A DNA stretch of 64,000 nucleotides from Desulfovibrio sp. (GCF_041907885.1 NZ_JAYRGM010000009.1:6176-70175), one strand, 5' to 3'. Counted from the stretch's first letter, positions 28,137-39,145 are shown. A program made the numbers and translations. The notes: generated by a model from the letters alone, not told the origin.

Positions 28137-29531
28137 ATGCCCAAGATTCTTTCGCGTTCTTTTCGCCTTGTGTGTACGCCAGAGCAGGTTTCCGGCGTGG
28201 AAGCCCTTTTGCGCGCTCAGGGCTATGACTTTGAGGCAGAGCCTTTTTCGCCCTATTGCCGCCGCCTTGTTGCCGAACCCCGGCCCCTTGGCGGTTCGCT
28301 GGCGGCATTTTTTGGCTACATCTATATTCAGGACCGCTCATCCATGCTGCCCCCGCTCGCCCTGGCCCCCGCACCGGGCAGCGCGGCGCTCGACATGTGT
28401 GCAAGCCCCGGAAGTAAAACGGGATTTCTTGCGCAGCTGGTAGGCCCTACTGGTTTTGTGCTTGGCAACGAGCCTTCGCCAACGCGCCTCGGCACGCTGC
28501 GGGCCAATCTGCACCAGCTCAATCTCATACAGGCCGCCACATGTTCGTACAGCGGTGATGCCCTGCCCTTACGGCCCGGCTCATGGGACAATATCCTGCT
28601 TGATCCCCCGTGCTCTGGCTGGGGCACGGCAGAAAAGCATCCCCAGGTGCTCAAGCTCTGGCAGGGTGACAAGCTCGATAGCCTCACCGGCCTGCAAAGA
28701 CGGCTGTTGCGCCACGCGGCCTCGCTGCTGCGCCCCGGCGGCAGGCTGGTCTATTCCACCTGCACGACCAATGTGGATGAGAACGAGGCACAGGTGCGTT
28801 TTGCCGAGCAGGAACTGGGGTTGGAAAGAGTACACCTTGAACCCTTTGACGGTTTTGTGTGGGAAGAACTGCCAGGGGGCGAGGGCACACTGCGTGTGGA
28901 CGGCGAGCGCTCGCAGGCCCAGGGTTTTTATGTGGCCCTGCTGCGCAAACCGGGTCAGCCGCAGACAGCGGATATTTTTGCGGATGCCGCGCTTTTGAAC
29001 GAAGGCGCGCAAGCCGCAGCCGATCCCTACAGCAGCGGGCGCAACGACCTGTGGGCAGGCCCGCGCGGGGGCAAATCGGGCGGGCGCAGCCGGGGCGGCA
29101 ATCCTGCACGTCAGGGCGAGCGCCCCATGGGCAGCCCTCTGCCGATGGAAAGCCTTGCAGGCACAACCTGTGATCCCGCCCTGTTACCGCCGGGGCAGGC
29201 CGTGCTGTACGGCGAACACGTGCGCTTTGTGCCTCCCCACGCATCTGCCCTGATTCCAGCCAGTTGTGTGTGGCAGGGAGCCCTGCTCGGCAAGCTTGGC
29301 GGCGGGCTGCTTGATGCCGCACCGCGTCTGCGTGTGCTTATGCCCCACAAGGCTGATGATGCCGCAGCCGCCAGCCTTGTGCTGGAAGATGTGGCCGACA
29401 TTACGGCCCTGTTGAGCGGCCAGAGCCGCCAGACCGGGCTTGCCGGGCGCGATACCGCCCTGTGGTGGCGCAGCCTGCCCCTGGGGCGGGTGGTGCTCAA
29501 GCAGGGCAGGGTTGTGGCCAGCTTCAAATAA
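28137..29531 (+). CDS. NOL1/NOP2/Sun-family RNA m5C methyltransferase (RsmF/RsmB-like)
   Basis: DMCASPGSKT, DPPCSGWG, YSTCT. The upstream part of track ORF 27225..29531 is the antisense shadow of the FG-GAP gene. Confidence 0.85.
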   Translation: MPKILSRSFRLVCTPEQVSGVEALLRAQGYDFEAEPFSPYCRRLVAEPRPLGGSLAAFFGYIYIQDRSSMLPPLALAPAPGSAALDMCASPGSKTGFLAQLVGPTGFVLGNEPSPTRLGTLRANLHQLNLIQAATCSYSGDALPLRPGSWDNILLDPPCSGWGTAEKHPQVLKLWQGDKLDSLTGLQRRLLRHAASLLRPGGRLVYSTCTTNVDENEAQVRFAEQELGLERVHLEPFDGFVWEELPGGEGTLRVDGERSQAQGFYVALLRKPGQPQTADIFADAALLNEGAQAAADPYSSGRNDLWAGPRGGKSGGRSRGGNPARQGERPMGSPLPMESLAGTTCDPALLPPGQAVLYGEHVRFVPPHASALIPASCVWQGALLGKLGGGLLDAAPRLRVLMPHKADDAAAASLVLEDVADITALLSGQSRQTGLAGRDTALWWRSLPLGRVVLKQGRVVASFK

Positions 29532-29591
29532 ATATGGCAGGGCGGTGGATCAACTCACCGCCCTACCTGTTTTTATAGCCTGTCCGTCTTT

Positions 29592-32114
29592 TCAGTTTTT
29601 GCCAGTGGCCAGCATGCGGCGGCCCCAAACCGCCTGCCCCAGCGAAAGCCCGCCGTCACCGGGGGGCAGCTCGTGGTGGGTCAGGGCGGCGAGCCCCTGT
29701 TCGGCAAGGGCCAGCGGCAGCAGCCGCGCCAGCGTGGCGTTTTGCATGACGCCGCCGCTCAGGCCTACAGCGCTCACGCCCAGTTTGCGGGCGGCCCGGC
29801 CAGCCATGGCTGCCAGCGCCCGCGCAAGGCTCAGATGAAAACGTGCCGCCATTTCGCCTGTATCCATGCCCTGCGCCTGCGCCTGTACCACATGGGCAAA
29901 CAGTCCCGCGCTGTCCATTTCAAGCAAGTCCTGCCTGCTGGCAATGCCCACAGGCCAGACCAGCTGGGGCACACGTTTGCCGCTGGCTTTACCCTCAAGG
30001 GCCTCTCTTACAGAATCAGCCGCCCTGTTTGCGGCGTCCTCCAGCCGTATGGCCGCCTGCCCTTCGTATGTGGTGTTCAGGCACAGGCCCAGTTGGGCGG
30101 CCACAGCGTCAAAGAGCCTGCCACAGCTGGATGTGGTGGGGCAGTTGATATTGCGCCGCAGCATTTCCGCCACAGCGGCAGAGGCCTGGGCATTGTCGGG
30201 CTGTGACGGATGCAGCCAGGGATGTTGCGGCGGAAGGGGTTGACCCTCCTGCTCACAAAGCGCGTGCAGGGCCTGCGCTATGCGCCAGGGTTGGCGAGTG
30301 GCGGCGTCGCCGCCCGGCAGGGCAAAGGGGGCAAGGCGGCCCAGCCTTTGCCAGCGCGGTTGTTCAAGTTCCATGAACAACAGTTCGCCGCCCCAAACAG
30401 TGCCGTCGTCGCCAAGGCCTGTGCCGTCAAGGCAGAGCGCCAGCGCCGGGCCGTAGTGGCTGTTTTCTGCCAGCACGGCGGCGGCATGGGCGGCGTGGTG
30501 CTGCAAGCGCCACAGGGGTATGCCCTCGCGCTGGGAGCGGGCTTCTGCGTAGCGGGTGGAAAGAAAATCAGGATGCGCGTCACACACCAGCGCCCTTGGC
30601 CGCACCTCAAGCAGGCTTTCGAGGTGGGCGGCAACTTCTTCATAAAAAGCCAGGGTGGCGGGGTTTTCCAGATCGCCGATGTGCTGGCCCACAAAGGCCT
30701 CGCGTCCGCGCGTCAGGCATATGGTTGTTTTGAGCTCTGCCCCGGTTCCCAGCACGCAGGGGGCGTCCTGTTCCGACTGCGGCAAAAAAACCGGGCGGGG
30801 CACATACCCACGCGCACGCCGGTAGAACAGCGGTTCAGAAAGCAGATTTGCATCAGCCGGTGGGGGGATTGCCGCAGTATCTGCCGTGGCTGGCCCAACG
30901 GCAGGCAGGCGCGGTTGCAGGGTGACCACACTGTCGTCCACGCGCACCAGAATGTCGCGGTCGTGCAAAAGCCAGGCATCGGCCAGATGTTCCAGCCGGT
31001 TCAGGGCTTCGCGGTTGCCCAGGCAGATGGGTTCCCCCCCCGCGTTGGCCGAGGTCATGACCAGCACCGGCGGCAGGGCGCTGCATTCGGCCAGTCTGTC
31101 AAAAAGCACGGCGTGCAGGGGCGTGTAGGGCAGCATGATGCCCACCTTGCCCGTATCGGGGGCCACCTCTGGCGGCAGCCACCCAGGGCTGCACGGGGCA
31201 GGCTCTGGCATATGGCGCGGGCAGAGGACAACGGGTTTTTCCGGGCTTTGCAGCAGGGCCTCGTGCTCCGGGGCCAGGGCGCACAGGGCGCGGGCCGTGG
31301 CAAGGTCGCCCACCATGAGGGCCAGGGGTTTGTGGGGGCGGTTTTTGCGCCGCCGCAGTTCTTGCAGGCTTTGTGCGTTGCGCGCGTCGCAGGCCAGCTG
31401 AAAACCCCCCAGACCCTTGAGTGCGAGAATTTTGCCGTCAGCCAGGGTTTGCACTGCCCGTTCAAGGGCATGGCGCATGGTGTCATCGGTGGGGCCGGTA
31501 TGCGCCGCGCGGGCCGCCCCATCCACAAACCACAGGCGCGGGCCGCAGGCGGGGCAGGCAACAGGCTGGGCATGAAAGCGCCTGTCGGCGGGATTGGCAT
31601 ACTCTGCGGCGCACTGAGGGCAGAGCGGAAAGCAGCTCATGGAAGTAACAGCGCGGTCGTAGGGAATGGAACGCGTGATGGTGTAACGCGGGCCGCAGTT
31701 GGTGCAGTTGGTAAAGGCGTAGCGGTAGCGGGGGTTGGCCGGATCGTGCATGTCGGCCAGGCAGTCGGCGCACACGCCCATGTCGGGGCTAACAAGCACA
31801 CTGTGCCCGGCCTCGCCAGAGCTGGGAACAATGCGAAAGCCCGATTCGTCTTCCACCGTGGGCATGTCGTGTTCCACCACGCCTGTGAGACGGGCCAGCG
31901 GGGGCAGTTCTGCCCGCAGGCGGCAGCCAAAGCGTTGCACTTCTTCTGCCGGGCCTTGCAGCTCCATGCGCACACCCTCAGAGGTATTGCCCACAGTGCC
32001 GGAGAGTGCTCCCTCGGCGGCAAGACGGTAGACAAAGGGGCGAAAACCCACGCCCTGCACCTGCCCGGAGGCCACAAAGGCCCTTCTGACCAATAGTTGC
32101 TTGCTCATGCCCAA
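29592..32114 (-). CDS. hypF: [NiFe]-hydrogenase maturation carbamoyltransferase HypF
   Basis: Acylphosphatase N-domain (VQGVGFRPFV), two CxxC-x18-CxxC zinc fingers, YrdC-like and Kae1-like domains, about 840 aa. Confidence 0.93.
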   Translation of the reverse strand: MGMSKQLLVRRAFVASGQVQGVGFRPFVYRLAAEGALSGTVGNTSEGVRMELQGPAEEVQRFGCRLRAELPPLARLTGVVEHDMPTVEDESGFRIVPSSGEAGHSVLVSPDMGVCADCLADMHDPANPRYRYAFTNCTNCGPRYTITRSIPYDRAVTSMSCFPLCPQCAAEYANPADRRFHAQPVACPACGPRLWFVDGAARAAHTGPTDDTMRHALERAVQTLADGKILALKGLGGFQLACDARNAQSLQELRRRKNRPHKPLALMVGDLATARALCALAPEHEALLQSPEKPVVLCPRHMPEPAPCSPGWLPPEVAPDTGKVGIMLPYTPLHAVLFDRLAECSALPPVLVMTSANAGGEPICLGNREALNRLEHLADAWLLHDRDILVRVDDSVVTLQPRLPAVGPATADTAAIPPPADANLLSEPLFYRRARGYVPRPVFLPQSEQDAPCVLGTGAELKTTICLTRGREAFVGQHIGDLENPATLAFYEEVAAHLESLLEVRPRALVCDAHPDFLSTRYAEARSQREGIPLWRLQHHAAHAAAVLAENSHYGPALALCLDGTGLGDDGTVWGGELLFMELEQPRWQRLGRLAPFALPGGDAATRQPWRIAQALHALCEQEGQPLPPQHPWLHPSQPDNAQASAAVAEMLRRNINCPTTSSCGRLFDAVAAQLGLCLNTTYEGQAAIRLEDAANRAADSVREALEGKASGKRVPQLVWPVGIASRQDLLEMDSAGLFAHVVQAQAQGMDTGEMAARFHLSLARALAAMAGRAARKLGVSAVGLSGGVMQNATLARLLPLALAEQGLAALTHHELPPGDGGLSLGQAVWGRRMLATGKN

Positions 32115-32283
32115 GCATAGCGCAAAGAGGCAAATGTGTCAGCATGGCGACTGTGCGGGCGCTCAACAGTGCATGATTGCTTGCGAGGGTACGGGGTTTT
32201 CGGTATTTAGTGGGTTGCCTGCCGTCAAGGTGATCTTGCCAGTGCGGCATCCAACCCGGCAAATCCGGCAATCAGGAGTGTCT

Positions 32284-32853
32284 ATGCCCCCCGTGCGTAC
32301 CATTGGTTCCCGCATCCGTGGATTCCGCGAAGAGCGTGAAGTGGATCTGCAAACTCTTTCCCAGAATACGGGCCTTTCAGAAGACTATCTTGAAAAGCTG
32401 GAATCTGACGCGATCTACCCCTGTATCGGACCCCTGCAAAAGGTGGCCCGCGCCCTGGGCGTGCGTCTTGGCACGTTTCTGGACGACCAGTTTTCGCGCG
32501 ATCCTGTGGTGAGCAGCATCAATTCCGAGGCCGAAGCAGACGAAGCCCTGCACACGGGCCGTGTGCCCCGCCCCAGCTACACCTACCATGCGCTGGCCAA
32601 GGGCAAGAACGACCGCAACATGGAGCCCTTCCACATCTGCATTTATCCCGACAGCGGCGAACGCAAGACCACCTCGCATCAGGGCGAGGAGTTTATCTGC
32701 GTGCTCAAGGGCGAGCTGCTTGTGGTCTACGGGCGTGAAACCCGCGTGCTCAAGCCCGGCGAAACCATCTATTACAATTCCATTGTGCCGCACTATGTGG
32801 GTGCGGCGGGCGATGAGCCCGTGGAATTTCTGGCCGTGACGTACAATCCTTAA
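32284..32853 (+). CDS. XRE-family HTH + cupin transcriptional regulator
   Basis: N-terminal HTH (IGSRIRGFREEREVDLQTLSQNTGLSEDYLEKLE) and C-terminal cupin (HQGEEFICVLKGEL...YYNSIVPH). Confidence 0.8.
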   Translation: MPPVRTIGSRIRGFREEREVDLQTLSQNTGLSEDYLEKLESDAIYPCIGPLQKVARALGVRLGTFLDDQFSRDPVVSSINSEAEADEALHTGRVPRPSYTYHALAKGKNDRNMEPFHICIYPDSGERKTTSHQGEEFICVLKGELLVVYGRETRVLKPGETIYYNSIVPHYVGAAGDEPVEFLAVTYNP

Positions 32854-32930
32854 GGCGCGCGTAAAGCCCTTCAGGCCGCAAAACAGGCTACCAGCGGCGC
32901 AACCGCCGCCGCACGTCTTTGGGAGGATGC

Positions 32931-34610
32931 ATGGAAGAAAAAGTTCGCGAGCGTCAGGCGCAGTTTGAACTGCGCGAATGGACATTGGGGCAGGTGCTCG
33001 ACCACACGGTTGCGCGTTTTCCCGACAATGAGGCACTGGTGTACCCTGACCGCAACTACCGCCAGACCTGGAGCGAATTTGGCGCTCTGGTAGACGACTT
33101 CGCCAAGGGGCTGATGGCGCTTGGCGTGCAGAAGGGCGAAAAAGTGGCGGTGTGGGCCACCAACGTACCGTACTGGGTGGCCTTGCAGTTTGCCACGGCA
33201 AAAATCGGCGCGGTGCTCATTACGGTAAACACCAATTACCGGGAGCACGAGCTGCGCTATCTGCTCACGCATTCCGAATGTGAAAATATTTTTCTTATCG
33301 ACAGCGTGCGCGACCACGACTATCTGGACACGCTGTACCGTATTGCGCCAGAGCTGCGTTTGCAGTCGCGTGACCGGCTTGTGTGCAAAAGCCTGCCGCA
33401 CCTCAAGCGCGTGTGTTTTCTGGGGGCCGAAAAGCACCGGGGCATGTACTCCGTGCCTGAGATCCTCTCGCTCTCCGTCATGGTGGACGACACGGAATAC
33501 GCGGCCCGTCAGGCCCAGTTGCAGCCGTGGGATGTCATCAACATGCAGTACACCTCGGGAACCACGGGTTTTCCGCGCGGTGTCATGCTTACCCATGTGG
33601 GCGTGGGCCTCAACGGCTACTGGATTGGCCGCCACCAGAATTTTGGCCCCAACGACCGGGTGTGCCTGCCCGTGCCGCTGTTCCACTGTTTTGGCTGCGT
33701 GCTTGGCGTTTCGGCTGCCGTAAACCACGGTGCCACCATGGTCATTCTTGAATCGTTCAATGCCCTCAAGGTGCTGGCCGCGCTCGACAGCGAGCGCTGC
33801 ACCGCCGTGTACGGCGTGCCCACCATGTTTTTGGCCGAGCTGGAGCACCCGTTGTTCAAGCGCTTTGACCTTTCGAACATGCGCACGGGCATCATGGCGG
33901 GCTCGGTTTGCCCAGAGCCGCTCATGCGTCGCGTGGTCGAAGACATGAACATGAAGGAAATTACCATCTGCTACGGCCTTACCGAGGCCTCGCCGGTGAT
34001 GACCCAGTCGGATATCCACGATCCGCTGCCGCTGCGGTGCGAAACCGTGGGCTGCGCCATGCCCGGTATTGAAGTGCGCGTGGGCGACCCCGAAACCTGC
34101 GAGGAACTGCCGCGCGGCGAGGTGGGCGAAATTCTGTGTCGTGGCTACAACGTGATGAAGGGCTATTACAATATGCCCGACCACACGGCCAAGGCCATCA
34201 GCCCCGATGGCTGGCTGCACTCCGGCGACCTTGGCGTCATGGATGAAAACGGCTATCTGCGGGTGACAGGACGCATCAAGGACATGATCATTCGCGGCGG
34301 TGAAAACGTTTATCCCCGTGAAGTGGAAGAATTCCTTCTGGGCATGCCCGGCATCCTGGATGTGCAGGTGGTGGCCGTTCCCAGCCGCAAGTACGGCGAG
34401 GAAGTGGGCGCGTTCATCATTCCCCGCCCCGGTGTGGAAGTGCTGCCCGAAGACGTGCGCGACTATTGTCGCGGCAAGGTTTCGTGGTTCAAGATTCCCA
34501 AATACATTACGACAGTAACGGGTTTTCCGCTTACAGCCAGCGGCAAGATCCAGAAGTTCAAGCTGCGCGAAATGGCAGCCGAGCTCTGGCCAGAGCCCAT
34601 GCAGCGCTGA
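32931..34610 (+). CDS. AMP-forming acyl-CoA synthetase/ligase
   Basis: YTSGTTGFPRG AMP-binding motif, GYGLTE-like CYGLTEASP, SGDLG...GRIKD. GGGAGGA SD before ATG 32931. Confidence 0.88.
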   Translation: MEEKVRERQAQFELREWTLGQVLDHTVARFPDNEALVYPDRNYRQTWSEFGALVDDFAKGLMALGVQKGEKVAVWATNVPYWVALQFATAKIGAVLITVNTNYREHELRYLLTHSECENIFLIDSVRDHDYLDTLYRIAPELRLQSRDRLVCKSLPHLKRVCFLGAEKHRGMYSVPEILSLSVMVDDTEYAARQAQLQPWDVINMQYTSGTTGFPRGVMLTHVGVGLNGYWIGRHQNFGPNDRVCLPVPLFHCFGCVLGVSAAVNHGATMVILESFNALKVLAALDSERCTAVYGVPTMFLAELEHPLFKRFDLSNMRTGIMAGSVCPEPLMRRVVEDMNMKEITICYGLTEASPVMTQSDIHDPLPLRCETVGCAMPGIEVRVGDPETCEELPRGEVGEILCRGYNVMKGYYNMPDHTAKAISPDGWLHSGDLGVMDENGYLRVTGRIKDMIIRGGENVYPREVEEFLLGMPGILDVQVVAVPSRKYGEEVGAFIIPRPGVEVLPEDVRDYCRGKVSWFKIPKYITTVTGFPLTASGKIQKFKLREMAAELWPEPMQR

Positions 34611-34683
34611 TTCTGGCGGCCATGCCCTGCTGAGCGCGGGGTGTGGCCGCAACCATTTTGGGGCAGGGCCCCAGGGGGTGTAC

Positions 34684-35940
34684 ATGCTGCTCAACGCCGT
34701 TTTGTGCGTGTGGAACGAGGGGGATGTTATTGCCGCCACGGTCAGGCATGCCCTGGCCCAGGGCTGTTCCAATGTATTTATTGTGGACAACGCCAGCTCG
34801 GACAACACGGTTGCCGCCGCAGTGGAAGCCGGGGCCGTGCTTGCGGCCTCGTTTGACAGCAAGTATTTTAACGAAGACCTCAAGGTTACCTACCTCAACG
34901 AGGTGGTACGGCGCTGGAACGCGCAGCACGATCCCGAACAGGTCTGGTGGCTTTTTGCCGATGCCGACGAATTTCCGGCCCTGAACTGCGGCCTGCGCCT
35001 TGTGGATTTTCTGGATCAGCTGGATCAGGCCGTGCGCGGTGTGCAGGGGCATTTGTACGACCATCTGCCCACGCACCAGCCCTATTTGGCCGCAGGGCGG
35101 CATCCGGCAGATTTCATGCCCCTGTGCGCAGGGGCCGGGGGCAGCAAGTTGCCCCTGCTGCGCTATGACAGGGGGCATCCCCACCTGTGGTCCATCGGCG
35201 GCGCGCACGATGTGGTGACTCATGGCGAGGTGCTGCCCGTGGTGCAGGGGGCCCTGCATATCCACCACTTTCCTCACCGAAAGCCCGAAAATACCTTTGC
35301 CCGCCTGAAAAAGCTTGTTTTTCGCAACGACGACGGCACAAGCCGCACCGACTGGCACGACAATTTTTTAAAGCAGGTGGGGGCGAATGTTTCGCAGTAC
35401 AATACCCGCCATGCCGAGCTTGTGCAGCTTTACAGCGCCAACCTGGGCAAGGCGCTGCTCTGCGCTGCGCTGCCCTATGATTTTAAAAGACTTGTACGTT
35501 GGTACGATGCCTACGACGACGCGGCCTTTGCCGCGCAGCCTCTGGAGCAGGCCCTGGGCAGGGCTGTGTACTATTTCTTTATGCGCGAGTATGATATTGC
35601 CCTGTGCAGGTTCAACGACGCGCTTGATGTGTGCGACGATGCAGAAAGCCGTCAGCGTATCATGGTTAAAATGGCAGAATGCCTGGCGTATTCTTCTGCG
35701 GAAGAAGCGCGCGCACTGCTGATGCCCCTTTTGCGGCAGGGCAGCCCCGCCGTGAGGGAATACATAAGTGCCAGCTGCGGGCATGTTCTTGCAGGGCAGG
35801 CCCCGCTGCCCGCCCCGGGCGACAGCCCGGCAACCGCCAGAATAGGCGCGTGCCAGAGTGTGTTTCCCGATGGCGTTGCCCAGGGGTACGCCGCCATGGC
35901 CGCAGAAATCGCCGGCAACTTCCGCCCCTTTTCTTCCTGA
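34684..35940 (+). CDS. family 2 glycosyltransferase with helical C-terminal region
   Basis: LLNAVLCVWNEGDVIAATVRH...FIVDNASSDNT...ADADEF, GT2-like. Confidence 0.7.
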   Translation: MLLNAVLCVWNEGDVIAATVRHALAQGCSNVFIVDNASSDNTVAAAVEAGAVLAASFDSKYFNEDLKVTYLNEVVRRWNAQHDPEQVWWLFADADEFPALNCGLRLVDFLDQLDQAVRGVQGHLYDHLPTHQPYLAAGRHPADFMPLCAGAGGSKLPLLRYDRGHPHLWSIGGAHDVVTHGEVLPVVQGALHIHHFPHRKPENTFARLKKLVFRNDDGTSRTDWHDNFLKQVGANVSQYNTRHAELVQLYSANLGKALLCAALPYDFKRLVRWYDAYDDAAFAAQPLEQALGRAVYYFFMREYDIALCRFNDALDVCDDAESRQRIMVKMAECLAYSSAEEARALLMPLLRQGSPAVREYISASCGHVLAGQAPLPAPGDSPATARIGACQSVFPDGVAQGYAAMAAEIAGNFRPFSS

Positions 35941-35984
35941 CCGGGCTATGCCCGACACAACCGCAATCAATGTAAAGAGCATTC

Positions 35985-37085
35985 ATGAGCAATCAAGATT
36001 TTTCTCTGAGTTCCGAAGCGCCCCTCTCCATGGCTGGTCAGGGTGAGACAATAAAAATGGACGATATACAATCCGCGCCCGAATCAAAGCCCGCAGCTGC
36101 GGCCAGCGCCGCCGCCAGTACTGTGGCCGCCAGTGCGGGGTCTGGCGGTTCATCGGGCTGCGCCTGCCCGCTGGCGCAGGTTCCCGCCACGGTGTGGAAG
36201 GAGCTGTTGCGCCGTCCTTTTCGCAAGCGGCATCCCATAATTTTCTGGGGTCTGATAGTGCTGCTGGCCGTGGGCATTGGCCTGTTTGGGGCCGCCATTG
36301 GCAGCAACGGGCTCATGGGCGGCCAGCGCATTGCCCTGGTCTCTGTTTCAGGCCCCATCATGGATGCGGAGTCCACGCTGGAGTGGATTCGCAAGATCGA
36401 GCGCGATCCTTCTGTGGCGGGTGTGTTGCTGCGGGTGGATTCGCCCGGCGGCGGCGCGGCGGCCTCGCAGGAGCTGTACAATGCTCTGGCGGCACTGGCC
36501 AGCAAAAAGCCCATGGCCGTGAGCATGGGTTCGCTGGCCGCCTCTGGCGGGCTGATGGTAAGCATGGCGGGTTCGCGCGTGTTTGCCAATGCCTCCACGG
36601 TTACGGGTTCCATTGGCGTGCGCATGGATATTCCGCAATTGCAGGGTCTTTTGGGCAAGATCGGCGTGGGGCAGGAAACCATAACCACCGCGCCCTTCAA
36701 GGACGCCGGTTCGTACATGCGGCCCCTGAACCCCGATCAGCGCGAGTATTTTAAAAAAGTGCTCGACGACATGCACCAGCAATTTGTGGATATTGTGGCC
36801 CAGGGCCGCCATATGGAGCATGCGCGGGCAGCGGCGCTTGCCACCGGCAAAATATTTACCGGGCGCGAGGCCGTGCAGCTGGGCCTGGTTGACGAAATTG
36901 GCGGGCAGGAATCGGCCCTGGCGTGGCTTTCTGCCCAGTGCGGCGTACCAGTGGAGCGCAAGTTGCTGTCACGCCCCAAGGAGGGCAACTGGCTGCCGCG
37001 TGGCCTCAAAACCATGCTGGGCATTGATTTGAGCGCCTTGGGCAGCTTGAGCGCCAACCAGCCGGTATTTCTCTACCAGTTTTAG
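35985..37085 (+). CDS. sppA: signal peptide peptidase SppA (36K type)
   Basis: One TM helix, then IALVSVSGPI..., SPGGG, GSLAASGGLMVS (Ser nucleophile region). Confidence 0.88.
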   Translation: MSNQDFSLSSEAPLSMAGQGETIKMDDIQSAPESKPAAAASAAASTVAASAGSGGSSGCACPLAQVPATVWKELLRRPFRKRHPIIFWGLIVLLAVGIGLFGAAIGSNGLMGGQRIALVSVSGPIMDAESTLEWIRKIERDPSVAGVLLRVDSPGGGAAASQELYNALAALASKKPMAVSMGSLAASGGLMVSMAGSRVFANASTVTGSIGVRMDIPQLQGLLGKIGVGQETITTAPFKDAGSYMRPLNPDQREYFKKVLDDMHQQFVDIVAQGRHMEHARAAALATGKIFTGREAVQLGLVDEIGGQESALAWLSAQCGVPVERKLLSRPKEGNWLPRGLKTMLGIDLSALGSLSANQPVFLYQF

Positions 37086-37219
37086 CGCAGGCAGCGCCCA
37101 CAGGGCGAAGGTTGTCATCTGTCAGGGGCGGCTGTTGTAGACAGCCGCCCCTGCTTGTGCAAAAATACACCCCGAAAAATTCACGCGCTTTGCGCGGTTG
37201 TTTTAAGGAGTCATTGTCA

Positions 37220-37711
37220 ATGAGATATGCGCTGTTGGGTTCCTTGATGGCCTGTGTGCTGTTGTCGGGCCTGTGCGGAGTGGCGGTGGCGGCAGAGAAG
37301 AAATTTAACCATTACAGCATTGATCTGCCCGGCAAGTGTACTGCCACGGAAAAGGAAGGCATTGTAACGGTTACGTGCGGGCAGGATTCCTTTTTTTCCA
37401 TAGGAATTTTTTCGCGTGCAGAAACGGGCAATCTTTCTGCCCGGCAGTTTGCCGAAAAGCAGTCGGCCCGGCTTAAGGGCACTGCCCCCGCCAAGGCCGA
37501 TGACGGCGGCGGCTGGACGTTCCAGGCCATGTCTGGCCGGGTAAAAACCCATGCGGACGTGTCCACCGAGGGCGACCTGACCATGCTGTTTATCAGTGAT
37601 GTGAGCGACAAGGACTGGCCCGAAGCCTTGCAGAAGGCCTATGATTCGCTGCGCGGCGCAGATGATGTGGCCGACGCCTTGATCCAGAAATCGCTTTTTG
37701 AGCGTGAATAG
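37220..37711 (+). CDS. secreted hypothetical protein
   Basis: AAGGAG SD; signal peptide MRYALLGSLMACVLLSGLCGVAVAA. Confidence 0.65.
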   Translation: MRYALLGSLMACVLLSGLCGVAVAAEKKFNHYSIDLPGKCTATEKEGIVTVTCGQDSFFSIGIFSRAETGNLSARQFAEKQSARLKGTAPAKADDGGGWTFQAMSGRVKTHADVSTEGDLTMLFISDVSDKDWPEALQKAYDSLRGADDVADALIQKSLFERE

Positions 37712-37742
37712 GCCAGTTGCCTGGTAAAATATCAAAAAAACT

Positions 37743-37772
37743 GCCCCGCTGGCTTGTCCGGTGGGGCTTTTT
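37743..37772 (+). terminator. intrinsic terminator
   Basis: GCCCCGCTGG-cttgt-CCGGTGGGGC (two G-U pairs) followed by TTTTT. Confidence 0.65.
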
Positions 37773-37876
37773 GATTTGGTCTTGCAGCTGTGTATTGGCG
37801 GCTGTGTTCTGGCGCGTTATGTTCTTGCGGGATTCATTGACGGCGCAGCTGGGCTGCACGGCGGCGCGGGGCGGGC

Positions 37877-39145
37877 TTAGTCTGGTTCTTCAATACTGCA
37901 CCGGCCACAGTCAACCTTGTTGCGCCCTGCATTTTTGGCCCGGTACAGGGCCTTGTCGGCCACCTTGATCAGTTCTTCGCAGGCCTGTTGCCTGAAAATA
38001 GCGCAAGAGGCATCAAGGGCGGCAACGCCAATGCTGATGGTAACGTAACCAAAGCCGGTCTTGCAGTGCGGAATGTTCAGGCCTGCCACCGCCTGCCGTA
38101 CCCGTTCCGCCACACACAGTGCCTGCTCCTTGCCTGTTTGCGGCATGATTATGGCAAATTCCTCGCCGCCGTAGCGAAAAATTTCGTCAGCTGGCCGCAG
38201 CAGCGCTGCTGCCATGGCCCCGGCAACGCGGGCAAGGCAGTTGTCGCCTGCCAGGTGGCCATAGGCATCGTTGTAGAGTTTGAAATTGTCCACATCCACC
38301 ATGGCCACGCACATAAAACCGCCTTCGCGCGCCAGCCGTCCCACTTCCTTCAGCAGGCTTTCGTCAAAGTGGCGGCGGTTGAACACGCCGGTGAGGTAGT
38401 CCTTGACGTTCATTTCTGCAAGTTTGCTGTTGGCCGCTTCGAGGCGTCGCTCCAAACCCTTGCGCAGGCTGATATCGCGCAGATAAACGCAGATGGATGC
38501 TGTGTCGCCGCAGGCATTGGGCAGACCGTAGATGGAAATCACATAGTCCTTTCCCTGCCTGCGAATCTCCTTTTCTGGAATTGTGCCCCCGGCGTCAAGA
38601 ATCCAGAAGGCCTCGGCCACATCATCTCTGGTGATGACGCCCGTTTCGTCGGCATGGGTGCCGAGCAGTTGCGTGGTAGGCCTGCCAGCAAGGCTGGCAA
38701 AAAGCTCGTTGACCGCGCGCAATCGCAGATCGCGGTCGATAATGCAAAACACCATGAATGAGCGGGAAAAAACCGTCTCAAAAACCGGTGGCTCATCGTT
38801 GCGCATATCAACCGCGCCGATACAGCGTTCGCTGCCATCGAAAGCTACGACATTGCCCTGCTGGTCGCATTCTGGCGTGATGCTCAGACTGGTGATCGCG
38901 TGTGTACCCTTGGGGCAGACATAGCGCACAGTGCAGCCCCGCAGGCCCCGGTGGTATTTTGCGGGGACCAGGGCGCGCCGCAGCATTGCGGCATCGTCGG
39001 GATGCATGCAGCGCGTAAAATGAGCCCCCACCAGTGAACCGGCAGGCAGATCAAGCAGTTGCTCCTTGCCTGGGTCCACATGCTGGTAGGTAAGGTCGAG
39101 CCCGATACGCCACTGAAAAACGTCATTGCTGGTCGGTATCGACAT
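37877..39145 (-). CDS. PAS-PAS-GGDEF diguanylate cyclase
   Basis: RYGGEEFA active site with an RPAD I-site 5 residues upstream. Start placed at MSIPTSN (39145). Confidence 0.88.
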   Translation of the reverse strand: MSIPTSNDVFQWRIGLDLTYQHVDPGKEQLLDLPAGSLVGAHFTRCMHPDDAAMLRRALVPAKYHRGLRGCTVRYVCPKGTHAITSLSITPECDQQGNVVAFDGSERCIGAVDMRNDEPPVFETVFSRSFMVFCIIDRDLRLRAVNELFASLAGRPTTQLLGTHADETGVITRDDVAEAFWILDAGGTIPEKEIRRQGKDYVISIYGLPNACGDTASICVYLRDISLRKGLERRLEAANSKLAEMNVKDYLTGVFNRRHFDESLLKEVGRLAREGGFMCVAMVDVDNFKLYNDAYGHLAGDNCLARVAGAMAAALLRPADEIFRYGGEEFAIIMPQTGKEQALCVAERVRQAVAGLNIPHCKTGFGYVTISIGVAALDASCAIFRQQACEELIKVADKALYRAKNAGRNKVDCGRCSIEEPD